A stretch of 64,000 bases of DNA from Dehalococcoidia bacterium (GTDB lineage Bacteria; Chloroflexota; Dehalococcoidia; Plut-88900): assembly GCA_965197645.1 (NCBI GenBank), contig OZ240219.1, forward strand, positions 2,176,001 to 2,240,000. Reading direction: 5' to 3'. The number at the start of each line of letters is the position of its first letter. Position 1 is the first letter of the stretch. A program made the translations under genes and the position numbers. The notes below the pieces were generated by a model that worked only from the letters and a program-made list of their open reading frames with translations, was not told the origin of the DNA and did not search any database. Of the stretch, positions 51,262-60,999 are shown piece after piece.

Positions 51262-51522
51262 CACGTGACAAAGGGAATGTCAAGAGTAAAGGTAGACCGG
51301 CGTCTACGGGCGGCAAATACGGCAGGCTGTCCCAGGCCGGGGAACTCTCATGCTATGGGCATCGAATTGATTATCCTGTAGAATCCCATTCGCCACGCAG
51401 AAAGTGCTAGACCATGTCCACTCTGGTAATGGATCGGGGCCTTACCCCCTCTTTTCGGTTCAGAATGAGACGAGTTCTTTGCGTGGCAACAGAGCCTCGG
51501 CCTATACCGCAAGGAGGTTCCA

Positions 51523-52251
51523 TTGTCCTGCCCCACACCTCCCTCGCCACCACCTACGTTGCGTGACTACGGACTAACAGAAGAGGAGTACCAGGTCTAT
51601 CTGCATTACAAAAACAAAACGAATAGAACGAACGAAAAGAATAGAACCCTCTCATTTGGGGACACATGGAAAGGGAAAATACTTGGTTTCCTTCGGTTCT
51701 GGCGAAGCGATACCGTTCCCTACTCGTTCAATTACAGCCTACTGTATGAAGAATACTGCCTACCGTATGAAGAATACTGCCTACGATATGAAGAAGCGCG
51801 AGTAACCTATGATTGGGACCGGTGGGATGACTATCTGAACCGGCAGGTGGCTAAGAGGAGACAGAGAAAAGAGGCCAAAAGAGCGAGTTTCAGGAAGAAA
51901 GTCGGCTATTGGCAATCGTTGAAGGCTGTTCGCCTTGAGAAAGAGTGTGCCAGTCTATTCGCACGGCAGGACTACCTTGTAACAGACACGCCACCATCAG
52001 GGGATGAAGGCATTGATCTCATTCTAGAGAAAGATGGGAAGAAAACTGTCGTGCAGTGCAAAGGGTACGAAGACCCAGCCGGGCCTAATATCGTGAGGGA
52101 ACTGTTCGGGAGCATGCATCATTTCAAGGCCGACAGCGCCATACTAGTATGCACAGGAGGTTTCACGAGGGGAGTATGGGACTTCGTTAAAGGAAAGCCG
52201 ATACGCCTGATGTCCGCCAAGACCTTAGCGCAAGAATCAGGTGGGCAATGA
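51523..52251 (+). CDS. Mrr-like PD-(D/E)xK restriction endonuclease domain protein
   Basis: GDEGIDL...VVQCK, VRELFG and GGFT motifs; lower GC than the flanks. Confidence 0.82.
   Translation: MSCPTPPSPPPTLRDYGLTEEEYQVYLHYKNKTNRTNEKNRTLSFGDTWKGKILGFLRFWRSDTVPYSFNYSLLYEEYCLPYEEYCLRYEEARVTYDWDRWDDYLNRQVAKRRQRKEAKRASFRKKVGYWQSLKAVRLEKECASLFARQDYLVTDTPPSGDEGIDLILEKDGKKTVVQCKGYEDPAGPNIVRELFGSMHHFKADSAILVCTGGFTRGVWDFVKGKPIRLMSAKTLAQESGGQ
51737..51795 (+). repeat. 21-nt in-frame tandem repeat (about 2.8 copies)
   Basis: GCCTAC..TATGAAGAATACT repeated, encoding L.YEEYC. Confidence 0.85.
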
Positions 52252-52335
52252 GCGAGTAGTGAATGGAAATAGACAAGCTCCAAAGTCCACGTGATTGGCA
52301 GTCCTGGATACAGGGGGCTGAAAGGAGACATCTAA

Positions 52336-52629
52336 ATGACCACGCCAGAAGACGACCCTCTATACCGGCCTGAGCTCCCCTTCACAAACGGAGCTGTAGC
52401 ACAATTCTTCACTGCCTTGGGCACCGCAATCATGCAGATTGACCGTGTGCCTCGCGAGGAGCTCACAAGCAACAACTTTTTGGAGGCTGTTGCTTACTAT
52501 CGGCAGAATCCAAATTCCTCAGTAGAAACAGCACTTCTCGATGCCCAAACTAGTAAAGAGACCGGAATCTTGCTGGGAATGTTGGAACTAGCTGTTCGCG
52601 AAGCGCGGGATTTGAATCCCCCCAAGTAA
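52336..52629 (+). CDS. Hypothetical protein
   Basis: AAGGAG RBS; 97-aa ORF in the low-GC island. Confidence 0.6.
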   Translation: MTTPEDDPLYRPELPFTNGAVAQFFTALGTAIMQIDRVPREELTSNNFLEAVAYYRQNPNSSVETALLDAQTSKETGILLGMLELAVREARDLNPPK

Positions 52630-52646
52630 GAGTCTTTGCTGTCATC

Positions 52647-52830
52647 TCACGCTACTTTCCTAACCATCCAGCACATCAGATCGGCCTTGCCGCTCAGTAA
52701 CCGGACCAACGCTGTCACCTGGTAGGCCAGAGCAGGCATGATGGCGTGAAGGGTAATCTGCTGTAGACCTCGAACGCAGTGCCACTCCAACCTTCGGGAC
52801 TCCTTCATCGACTTGAGGTTTGCTCTAGAG
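52647..52830 (-). pseudogene. Probable transposase C-terminal remnant
   Basis: KSMKESRRLEWHCVRGLQQITLHA...MVRKVA resembles, from recall, the C-terminus of DDE transposases; no N-terminal part is present. Confidence 0.5.
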
Positions 52831-52936
52831 CCTGACACTTGGCGTATAGTGCTGCCCATTCTAGGTTGTCTCAGTCCGGAAAACGCCAGAGACGGGGAGT
52901 GGGGCCGCCGTGGCTGGGACGGGAACCCTCGGTGGG

Positions 52937-53761
52937 TCAGAGGGGAAGCCTGAACAGCCTCCTAGCGTTGAGAGAGGTCATCGACTCCACGTCCTCCACC
53001 GGTATCTCCTGCAGCTCGGCCACCTTCTCCGCGATGTATCGGACCATCCGGGGTTCGGATACCTTGTCCATGTCGTAGGGGAAGGGACCCTCGGCGCCGG
53101 CCCTGGGGAGAACGTATCCCGGCGAATCGCTGTCCAGCACCATCTGTCCCAGGCTAAGCTCTTTGAACACGCTTCGCAGGCGCTCGGCGAGGGGATGGTG
53201 CAGGGTGACGCTGGCCGAGATGTAGATACCCAAGTCCAGGAGCTTCCTGGCCTCCTTGGGGCTGGCCTGGAAGTTATGAATCATGCCGCCCACCTCGTAC
53301 GCCTTCTCCTCCTTGAAGATGTCCGTCAGGTCCTGGCTGCTGGGCCTGTCCGAGTGCATGTTCAGCGGCAGGTCAAACTCTCTGGCTAACGTGATCATGT
53401 CTCGGAACATGTCCCGGCACTTGCTCCGATCGTCATCCGAGAGGTGGGGCGGGCCGAACATGGGGCCTTCGTAGTCCAGGCCCGTCTCGCCGATGCATAC
53501 CACCTTGGTGCTGTTTCTTATCAGGTCTCGGAACACGTCCAGCTGGTCGGGCGAGTAGGTGTCCAACGAACGAGGGTGCACGCCCACGCCGCAGTACAGG
53601 TCTTCGACCTCCTCGGCGACACGGACGATCTTCTTAGCATCCTCCAGGTCAGACGCCACGGCAACGAACGCCCCGGCGCCCAGCTCTCGGGCTGCTTGGA
53701 AATTGTGCTCTCTGTCCTCGTCGGACTTGTAGCTGAAGTGAATGTGCGAATCGATCAGCAT
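52937..53761 (-). CDS. TatD-family hydrolase
   Basis: IDSHIH, GVHP, IGETGLD, HS and SDSP motifs. Confidence 0.9.
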   Translation of the reverse strand: MLIDSHIHFSYKSDEDREHNFQAARELGAGAFVAVASDLEDAKKIVRVAEEVEDLYCGVGVHPRSLDTYSPDQLDVFRDLIRNSTKVVCIGETGLDYEGPMFGPPHLSDDDRSKCRDMFRDMITLAREFDLPLNMHSDRPSSQDLTDIFKEEKAYEVGGMIHNFQASPKEARKLLDLGIYISASVTLHHPLAERLRSVFKELSLGQMVLDSDSPGYVLPRAGAEGPFPYDMDKVSEPRMVRYIAEKVAELQEIPVEDVESMTSLNARRLFRLPL

Positions 53762-53847
53762 GGCGGTCCTCCCTTGTCCTGAACTCGATTCCGGTCGTGA
53801 CCGTATTATACGGCGTGAGGCCGGCTTCAATCAAAGCCCGGTGGCGC

Positions 53848-55248
53848 CTAGACGGGCGGGTGCTGTCGATGAAGCGGATTGTGCTGCTGGTAAGCGTAGG
53901 CCACTTTCAGCACGGTAGGTTCGTCGAAGGCCTTCCCCGCTATCTGCAGCCCGATAGGCAGCCCCTGGTTGCTGAACCCGCAGGGCACCGATATTGCAGG
54001 TGATCCGACCACGTTAAACAGCACCGACGTGGTCCCTCGCCTCGGTTCGAGCAGGACCATGGGATCTGAGTCCTCAAACCGCTCGGCGGGGATCATGGAA
54101 GCCGGAGACGCTATCACGTCCACCTGTTGAAACACCTTGGATATCTCTCGTTTGAAATAGGTCCTGGCTCGCTGCGCCTGGATGTAGTCCGCGCTGGAGA
54201 AGAGGGCGCCGGTGTACCCGTAGGTACGAAAGACCCGGCCTATGGATTCCGGGTTCGCCCGGAGCAGGTCTTGAAGGACGGTGAATCCCTCGGTCAGGTA
54301 GATGACGGCGCAAGTGATGTCGGCGATCTCCATGTTCGGGACGTCGATTTCGGATACCTCCGCGCCAAGCTCCTGTAGAGCGTCTACGGCCTGGTCCACA
54401 GTGCTTAGCACGTCGGGGTCTGCATCGTCGGCGGCCTCGTCGAAGAATCGGCGCATGACCCCTACCCTGACCCCTCTGATCTCCTCGGTCAGGCCTGACC
54501 GGTAGTTGGGCACGGGGGCTTTGCTGGAGGTGGGGTCCTTCGGATCGTACCCGGCTATCGCTTGAAGCATATGGGCAATGTCCTCGACGGTCCTGGTCAT
54601 CGGGCCGGCGTTGTCCAAGGACCAGCTCAAGGGCATCACGCCGTAACGACTCACCCTGCCGTTGGAGGGCAGCAGCCCGGCGATGCCGTTATGCGATGCC
54701 GGAAACCTTATCGAACCGCCCGTATCCGATCCCAACGCGCCGGCGCACAACCCGGCCGCGACCGCCACCCCCGACCCGCTACTGGACCCACTCGGCACGT
54801 GCTCAGTGTTCCAGGGATTCTTTGGTGGGCTGCCCAAGGCCGGGTCTCCGGTCATGGCCAGCTCGCTCATGTTGACCTTACCGAGAAGCACCGCTCCCGC
54901 GTCTCTGAGCCTCGCTGTGACCGTAGCGTCCTCCAAGGGTATCCGGTCTCTGTACACTTCGGACCCGCCGGAGGTGAGCACCCCCTTGGTATCGAACAGG
55001 TCCTTGAGCGCAATCGGGATGCCGTGCATCGGCCCCCGATAGTTTCCATTTTGTATCTCCGCCTCTGCCGAGCGAGCCTCCGCCAGGGCCGACTCGGGCA
55101 GGACGGTAAGGTAGCTGTCCAGAGCGCCATCGATCTCCTCTATCCGATCCAGGTAGGCACGGGTCAGCTCGACGGGAGAGAGGTCGCCGCTTTTGATCAG
55201 CCTGCTGGCTTCGTCGATGGACAGGTAGAACAGCTCTTCGCTAGCCAT
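53848..55248 (-). CDS. Amidase (GatA/AtzE-like)
   Basis: ALKD, GSSSGS and GSDTGGSIR motifs. Confidence 0.92.
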   Translation of the reverse strand: MASEELFYLSIDEASRLIKSGDLSPVELTRAYLDRIEEIDGALDSYLTVLPESALAEARSAEAEIQNGNYRGPMHGIPIALKDLFDTKGVLTSGGSEVYRDRIPLEDATVTARLRDAGAVLLGKVNMSELAMTGDPALGSPPKNPWNTEHVPSGSSSGSGVAVAAGLCAGALGSDTGGSIRFPASHNGIAGLLPSNGRVSRYGVMPLSWSLDNAGPMTRTVEDIAHMLQAIAGYDPKDPTSSKAPVPNYRSGLTEEIRGVRVGVMRRFFDEAADDADPDVLSTVDQAVDALQELGAEVSEIDVPNMEIADITCAVIYLTEGFTVLQDLLRANPESIGRVFRTYGYTGALFSSADYIQAQRARTYFKREISKVFQQVDVIASPASMIPAERFEDSDPMVLLEPRRGTTSVLFNVVGSPAISVPCGFSNQGLPIGLQIAGKAFDEPTVLKVAYAYQQHNPLHRQHPPV

Positions 55249-55334
55249 ACTCTTCTCACTTCCTCTGGCAGGGTAAGAACCCTTGCGACCATCCCCATGG
55301 CCCCCTTGCTGGCCGGGAAAAGGGTAACAATTTC

Positions 55335-55437
55335 ATCTGAGGGACACTCCCTGGGCGGGCTCAGGGCAGGCTCTCAGACTCCCGGCCCCTAGCGGGAGGT
55401 CCCAGAACAAGAGCTTAGCCCCTCTGCACACCCCAAG
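55335..55437. repeat. Repeat module B
   Basis: TCTGAGGGACA...GCGGGCTCAGGGCAGGCTCTCAGACTCCC...GCCCCTCTGCACACCCCA, matching 20930..21015. Confidence 0.8.
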
Positions 55438-55450
55438 TTTCATCAACCAG

Positions 55451-55642
55451 CTAGGCCTGCTCGCCCTGGGGCAGGTAGGCGGTACCCACCTCCTCGCCTG
55501 TCAGGTCCAGCGCGTGCAGCTCGTCGACGAGGGGCAGGTACCCCGCCAGGGCCTCCGAGACCCAGCCGCGCTCCTCCTCGGTCAAGCTCAGCCCTGCACG
55601 TTTCAACAGCGTCTCCAGCTCGGAATCATCGAACTCCGGCAT
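55451..55642 (-). CDS. Small GatC/AtzG-like amidase partner protein
   Basis: 63-aa acidic helical protein (LLKRAGLSLTEEE...LHALDL..EE) directly upstream of the amidase. Confidence 0.65.
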   Translation of the reverse strand: MPEFDDSELETLLKRAGLSLTEEERGWVSEALAGYLPLVDELHALDLTGEEVGTAYLPQGEQA

Positions 55643-55680
55643 CTATCCCTCCTGTCGTGGCGACTGGATAATGCCCTTCT

Positions 55681-56469
55681 TCATACCAATTCTCCTCGTA
55701 AGACCGTGACCGCTTGGCCACTGATGTAGACCCGGTCGTCCCGCACACGGACCCGCAGCACGCCACCGCGTGAAGAAGCCTGGTAGGCCACAAACTCCAG
55801 CTTTCCCAACCGCTTTGCCCAGAAGGGTCCCAGGCAGCAGTGGGCAGAACCGGTTACCGGATCCTCAGCGATGCCCGACCTGGGAGCGAAGAACCTGGAA
55901 ACGAAATCGTACCCGGATGTTCCGGCGCGGGCGGTCACGATTACGCCTCGACAGTCCACCTTGGCCAACCGGCCTATGTCCGGGCTGAGCTCCCTGACCA
56001 TCTCTTCCGATTCCACCTGCACCAGGTAGTCGGAGCCGTTCCTACCTACGTACAGGGGCACCGCGCCCAGGGCTTCTACGAGGCCATCTGGAGGGACGGC
56101 CTCCGTCTCCGGCTTCGCCGGGAAATCCAGCTCGATCCAGCCGTTCGCCTGTCGGGCCAGCAACAGCCCGCTCCTCGTGTTGAACCGGGCCTGGCTATCG
56201 GGTCCTATGCGGCCTTGCTCCCAGAGGACGTGGGCGCTGGCCAGGGTGGCGTGTCCGCACAGGTCCACCTCGGTGGTCGGGGTGAACCAGCGCAGGTCGT
56301 AGCCGTCGCCGTTGGGGTGCAGGAACGCAGTCTCGGATAGGTTCATCTCCAGGGCCACGTGCCGCATCCAGCCTTCTTCCGCAGGCCCGTCCAATACGCA
56401 GACAGCTGCCGGATTGCCGCTGAAAGGTCTATCCGTGAATGCATCCACCTGGACTATCTCGAGACCCAC
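55681..56469 (-). CDS. PhzF-family epimerase/isomerase
   Basis: VDAF..GNPA, SETAF, EVDLCGHAT and EDPVTGSA motifs. Confidence 0.92.
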   Translation of the reverse strand: MGLEIVQVDAFTDRPFSGNPAAVCVLDGPAEEGWMRHVALEMNLSETAFLHPNGDGYDLRWFTPTTEVDLCGHATLASAHVLWEQGRIGPDSQARFNTRSGLLLARQANGWIELDFPAKPETEAVPPDGLVEALGAVPLYVGRNGSDYLVQVESEEMVRELSPDIGRLAKVDCRGVIVTARAGTSGYDFVSRFFAPRSGIAEDPVTGSAHCCLGPFWAKRLGKLEFVAYQASSRGGVLRVRVRDDRVYISGQAVTVLRGELV

Positions 56470-56485
56470 GAAGGTCCCTCCTATC

Positions 56486-57631
56486 TCAGGCCACCGCCGA
56501 TTCCAGCTCCTCCATGGTCAGCTCTATCCCGAAGCCCGGCGCATCGCTGGGCACCAGGTAGCCGTTCTTGGGAAGGGCCATCCCGGGGGTGGGGCGCATC
56601 CCATCGTAGAGGGACGCGCCGGCAGCCGTCTCCATGAACATCTCCCCGTAGGTGTTGCTCGGCATAGCGTAGCAGACGTGCTGGCCGTAGGCATCGTTGG
56701 AGCCGAGGTGCATCATCACCTGGATGCCGGCCGCCTCGGCGATGTGGCAAATCTTGACAGAAGCCGTCACGCCACCGACGTACTGGATGTCCGGCTGGAA
56801 GATATCCACCAGCTGTCTGCCGGCCGCATCCAGAAAGGGTAGTGGGGTGTGCCAGCGTTCACCTGAGGAAAGGGTCTGCCAGGGCACGCGTCTGCGTATC
56901 TGCTCGTAGTTTCGAAAATCATCGGGGACCAGGAAGTCCTCCACCCACTTCAGCCTGTAAGGCCTCAGCAGCTCGATCTGCCGAACGATGAACTCCACGT
57001 CCGATACCGAGGAGTAGAAGTCCATCATCAACTCAGTCCCGTCACCGATCTGCTCCCTGGTCTCCGATGCGTTCTTCTCGTTCCTGGCAAGGGCGGCCAG
57101 CTTATCGTTGGGCGTCCGGGCGCCTAACAGCTTGACCGCCTTGAATCCCAACTCCATGTACCACTCGATGTCGTGGCCAGTGGCGTAGCACGTAGTGCGG
57201 TCCTTGGCCGGCCCGCCCAGCAGCTCATACACGGGTGTCCGGAGCAGTTTGCCTTTCAGGTCCCACAGTGCGAGGTCCACAGCGCTCACTGCGTGGCTGG
57301 CCAGCCCGGTTACGCCGTAGTGGGTCGAGGCTTGGAACATCAGGTTATAGGCCAGCTCCGTGGCCATGCAGTTACGTCCGCGGAGCAGCGGCGCGAAGTG
57401 ATCGTTGATGATGGAGGGGATGGGCCCGGTGTGGCTGGTCATCCCCATGCCCCACGTCCCATCTTCGGCGGTGGCGATGCACACCACCTGGCCCCAGTCC
57501 GGAGTGTAGCTGGTGGCCGTGAAGCGGTCATCGGAATCGAGGCCGGTATACCAAGCCGCCTTCGGCGCATCCGGATCGCCGAACTTACCGATCCCACCCA
57601 TCGGGACTGCGCGAATGTCTTTGATCTTCAT
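56486..57631 (-). CDS. Enolase-superfamily acid-sugar dehydratase (RhmD-like)
   Basis: SAVDLALWDLKGK, MMD, WVED, GE, QPD and PGFG motifs. Confidence 0.88.
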   Translation of the reverse strand: MKIKDIRAVPMGGIGKFGDPDAPKAAWYTGLDSDDRFTATSYTPDWGQVVCIATAEDGTWGMGMTSHTGPIPSIINDHFAPLLRGRNCMATELAYNLMFQASTHYGVTGLASHAVSAVDLALWDLKGKLLRTPVYELLGGPAKDRTTCYATGHDIEWYMELGFKAVKLLGARTPNDKLAALARNEKNASETREQIGDGTELMMDFYSSVSDVEFIVRQIELLRPYRLKWVEDFLVPDDFRNYEQIRRRVPWQTLSSGERWHTPLPFLDAAGRQLVDIFQPDIQYVGGVTASVKICHIAEAAGIQVMMHLGSNDAYGQHVCYAMPSNTYGEMFMETAAGASLYDGMRPTPGMALPKNGYLVPSDAPGFGIELTMEELESAVA

Positions 57632-57686
57632 GGCGATTTACTCCTTTTCAGCGGCTGTAGCCTTCCGACGTGAAATTGCGAAGGGA

Positions 57687-58568
57687 CTAGGTGTGGCCAC
57701 GGGCCTCACCGATGCGGCTTTTCTTTCTTGTTATGGGCAGCACCTCGTTGAGGCTGCCCGATCGGAACCCATCCATGTCCAACGTGACATAAGAGTACCC
57801 TATAGTGCGGAGATACTCGGTTATGCTGCTCCTGGTCGCCCCGTCGAGGAGGACGGGGAAATCGTCGGGGTGCACCTCGATCCTGGCGACGGCATCGTGG
57901 TGACGCACCCTGAGCTGTGTTATTCCCAGGCCTCGCAGGAACTCCTCCGCCTTGGCGATCCGGTCCAGCGCCTCCACGGTGACCGGCGTGCCGTAGGGTA
58001 TGCGGGAGGAGAGGCAGGCTTGGGCCGGCTTGTCCCAGGTGGGAAGGCCCATCTCTTTGGATAGCGCTCGTATCTCCGCCTTGTTGAGCCCCACCTCGAC
58101 CATTGGACTTCGCACACGGTAGTCCTTGGCCGCTTTCAAGCCGGGCCGAAAATCCCCCAGATCGTCGGTGTTGGCGCCGTTGGCTATCGATGCGAACCCC
58201 TCTTCCTCTGCCAGCTTCGTGAGCACGGTGTACAGCTCGTCCTTGCAGAAGTAGCAGCGGTTGGGCCTGTTTGCCTGATAGTCGGCCCTCTCCACCTCGT
58301 TGGTGCGGATGACCCGATGGTTCAGCCCGAGGCGGCTCGCCAAGGCTACCGCATCATCCAGCTCTGACGGCGCCAGGCTGGGCGAGGCGGCGGTGACGGA
58401 CAGGGACCGGTACCCCAGGACCTGATGGGCCGTGTTGGCGAGAAAAGCGCTGTCAACGCCGCCCGAATAGGCCACTATCACCGAGCCCATCTCCCGGAGG
58501 AGTGAGTTTAGGTCGGCCAGTTTCTCCGTCGCGTCTTTGGCGCGTTCGGTCTCAGGCTTGAGTTTCAT
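57687..58568 (-). CDS. larE: ATP-dependent sulfur transferase for the nickel-pincer cofactor
   Basis: SGGVDS, RCYFCK, DFRPG, KPAQACLSSRIPYG and GFRSGS motifs. Confidence 0.92.
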   Translation of the reverse strand: MKLKPETERAKDATEKLADLNSLLREMGSVIVAYSGGVDSAFLANTAHQVLGYRSLSVTAASPSLAPSELDDAVALASRLGLNHRVIRTNEVERADYQANRPNRCYFCKDELYTVLTKLAEEEGFASIANGANTDDLGDFRPGLKAAKDYRVRSPMVEVGLNKAEIRALSKEMGLPTWDKPAQACLSSRIPYGTPVTVEALDRIAKAEEFLRGLGITQLRVRHHDAVARIEVHPDDFPVLLDGATRSSITEYLRTIGYSYVTLDMDGFRSGSLNEVLPITRKKSRIGEARGHT

Positions 58569-58577
58569 GGGGATGCT

Positions 58578-59729
58578 TCACTGTATGACGGCCAGGTCCG
58601 GTGTACCGTCGTTGAGTTGCTCCAGTCCGTCTGCGGTCAGGTGGTAGCAGGCGCCTATGAGAATGCCTATCTCGTCCTCGGGGACCTGTAGGCAGGTGTG
58701 CAGATAGAAGACCATCCCCGGCTGGAATATCTCGTCCGACTCACGAATGATGCTTAGCGGGTCGAGCCAGCTGGGTGGATAGGCCGCCGAGATGCCCACC
58801 CCGAACCTCATGGGAGCATAGTCGGCCAGGCCCTTGTCCTCCAACGGCCTCAGCGAAGCTTCTTCGGCTTCCGATACAGGGCCTCCGACGTGAATGGCAT
58901 CCGTTCCCGCCTGTAGCGCCTCCGCGGCGGCGGCATGCAGCTCCACCGTCCTCGCCGACGGCTCTCCCAACGAGTAGGTCTTCATCGCCACACACTGATA
59001 GCGGCGAGCTACTCCGGCGAACTCGACGTGGACCAGGTCTCCCGGCTCCATCTCCCGGTCGACGGCCAGTGCATGCCCGCCAGGCGTGCGAGACCCGGAG
59101 GCGACCCATGTCGGCATCGCCGCATAGTCGCTGCCCCTGGACCTCATCGCGTACTCGATCTCCGCCGCCAGCTGTATTTCGGTAATTCCAGGACGGGAGC
59201 TGGTCAACACTGTTTCCATGCCGGCGTTCACGTACTGCGCCGCCTGCCGGATGTATCCAAGCTCCGCCTCCGACTTTATGAGCCTCGCCCTCCCTACGAT
59301 GTTCGTGCTGTCTTCGACAGTACTGCCGCCCAGGGCATCCTTGAGCTTCTGGGCGTAGGCCGCGGTCAGAGCATAGCTCTGCAGGTCCAGCCCGATCTTG
59401 CCGCCCAGGATCCCCTTCTCTTTGGCGACGCTCGCGATGACCTCCGCAGGACTCTCGGCGCCGTAGTGATACGTTCTGACGTCCTGCACCCACGATGTCT
59501 CCTGGGCCAGAGGTACGTCCACGTCCCGGATTACCAGGGTGGGTTCATCGTCACCCGTGGTGAAGACCAGCCCCTGCTCGCTGAAGTGGGTATGGGCGTC
59601 GTACCCCCCGATGTAGTACAGGTGCTCGGGCGCTACGCAGACGCACCCGTTGATTCCTGCCTGGCGCAGGTTTTCCCTGGCCCTTTCCAAACGCTCTCGA
59701 TGTTCCGACTCGGGAAATGCCGGTCCCAA
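58578..59729 (-). CDS. M24/creatinase-fold hydrolase (ectoine hydrolase/creatinase-like)
   Basis: Creatinase_N domain plus RLIKSEAE and PGITE motifs; canonical metal ligands are replaced. Confidence 0.85.
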   Translation of the reverse strand: MGPAFPESEHRERLERARENLRQAGINGCVCVAPEHLYYIGGYDAHTHFSEQGLVFTTGDDEPTLVIRDVDVPLAQETSWVQDVRTYHYGAESPAEVIASVAKEKGILGGKIGLDLQSYALTAAYAQKLKDALGGSTVEDSTNIVGRARLIKSEAELGYIRQAAQYVNAGMETVLTSSRPGITEIQLAAEIEYAMRSRGSDYAAMPTWVASGSRTPGGHALAVDREMEPGDLVHVEFAGVARRYQCVAMKTYSLGEPSARTVELHAAAAEALQAGTDAIHVGGPVSEAEEASLRPLEDKGLADYAPMRFGVGISAAYPPSWLDPLSIIRESDEIFQPGMVFYLHTCLQVPEDEIGILIGACYHLTADGLEQLNDGTPDLAVIQ

Positions 59730-59742
59730 TTCTTGCCTCCTA

Positions 59743-60999
59743 TCAGTCCAGAACTGCTATAGCTTCGATTTCGATTAACGCGTTGGGATTGAGTATCCGG
59801 TTGCAGATCGTCGTGGTGACGGCGGGCAGTGAGTCGCCGAAGAACTCTCGCCGTACCTCGGCGGCCTCGGCGTAGCCCGGCAGGCCCGCCTCGTCGATGT
59901 AGTCGGTTATCTTGACCACGTCCCTGAAGCCGGCGCCTCCGGCTTCGAGCACCTCGGCGATGTTGCGGTAAGTCTGGCGGGCCTGGGCCGCAATGCCTCC
60001 TTCGGCCAGCTTGCCGGTGGACCTGTCCTGGCCCGTCGCCCCCGACACGAAGAACAGGTTCCCCTTCTTCACTCCGGGCATGAACGTCAGGCCCTGGGCC
60101 AACGCCCGGTCCGCCATCACGATCTCCCGCTTCCCTTCCTTCACCGCCACCATGTTGATCTCGATAAGCCAGTCGGGGGCGAAGAGGGCCACGATCACCA
60201 CGCCTGTGGAGGCGGGAAACTCGTCTCCAAAGATCTCATGACGAATGTCTGCGGTGGCCCGGTAGAAGGGTCGAGCCGCCGGGACGATGTAGTCCCGGGT
60301 CATGATAACGTCTTCAAAGGTCAGCCCGGCGTCGCCCAGTATCAGCTCGAATTTCTCGTACAGGAAGCGGGTCTGCTCGACGAGGGTCTCGTGGGAGTGG
60401 ACCTGCCACTTCTCGTCCAGGTACCAGGGGGCCTGCCCCGCCGACCAGAGAACTCCGTTCTTGTAAACGCCGGGCCGGTTGGTGCCCCACTCGTAGAACT
60501 GGGCAGCCTTGTCGGGTTCCGGCGGGAAGCCGGGATTGATGTATCGTTTCTCGCCTGGCCTCATGTCCAGCGTCAGATCGGAGTTGACGGTGGCCCCGAG
60601 GTTGAGATTGCCCTGTACGAATATGCCGGTCCCCGGGGCGTAGTTCTTCCCGAACGACTCCTCCCACGCCGGCGGTCGTTTCGGTGGGCCCAGATTGCTC
60701 CAGGCCTGGTCCCGGATCGGCTTTCCTCCCGCGCTGCCTTGGAACAGGTCCAGGTTCACCAGGTGCTCCGGTCCGGCGCCCGCAGCCTCGATGAGGGTGC
60801 GCTGCTTCTCCATGACCACCGACATCTGCTCTTCGGCGTCGCCGGCGCACCCAATCCTGCCCGTATCCGGGTTCTCCCGTTCCGCCGTCTGGCCGGACAG
60901 GAACAGCAGCCCGCCCTTTTCCACGGCCAGCGAGTAGGGGAGGTCCATGTAGTCGAAATAGGGCCAGCTAGCGGGTTTGATGATTCGCTTATCGGCCAT
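59743..60999 (-). CDS. Triple-domain Rid (YjgF) family protein
   Basis: Three repeats (LFLSGQ, LWSAGQ, FFVSGA; LIEI at the ends of repeats 2 and 3); GGAGGA before ATG 60999. Confidence 0.82.
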   Translation of the reverse strand: MADKRIIKPASWPYFDYMDLPYSLAVEKGGLLFLSGQTAERENPDTGRIGCAGDAEEQMSVVMEKQRTLIEAAGAGPEHLVNLDLFQGSAGGKPIRDQAWSNLGPPKRPPAWEESFGKNYAPGTGIFVQGNLNLGATVNSDLTLDMRPGEKRYINPGFPPEPDKAAQFYEWGTNRPGVYKNGVLWSAGQAPWYLDEKWQVHSHETLVEQTRFLYEKFELILGDAGLTFEDVIMTRDYIVPAARPFYRATADIRHEIFGDEFPASTGVVIVALFAPDWLIEINMVAVKEGKREIVMADRALAQGLTFMPGVKKGNLFFVSGATGQDRSTGKLAEGGIAAQARQTYRNIAEVLEAGGAGFRDVVKITDYIDEAGLPGYAEAAEVRREFFGDSLPAVTTTICNRILNPNALIEIEAIAVLD

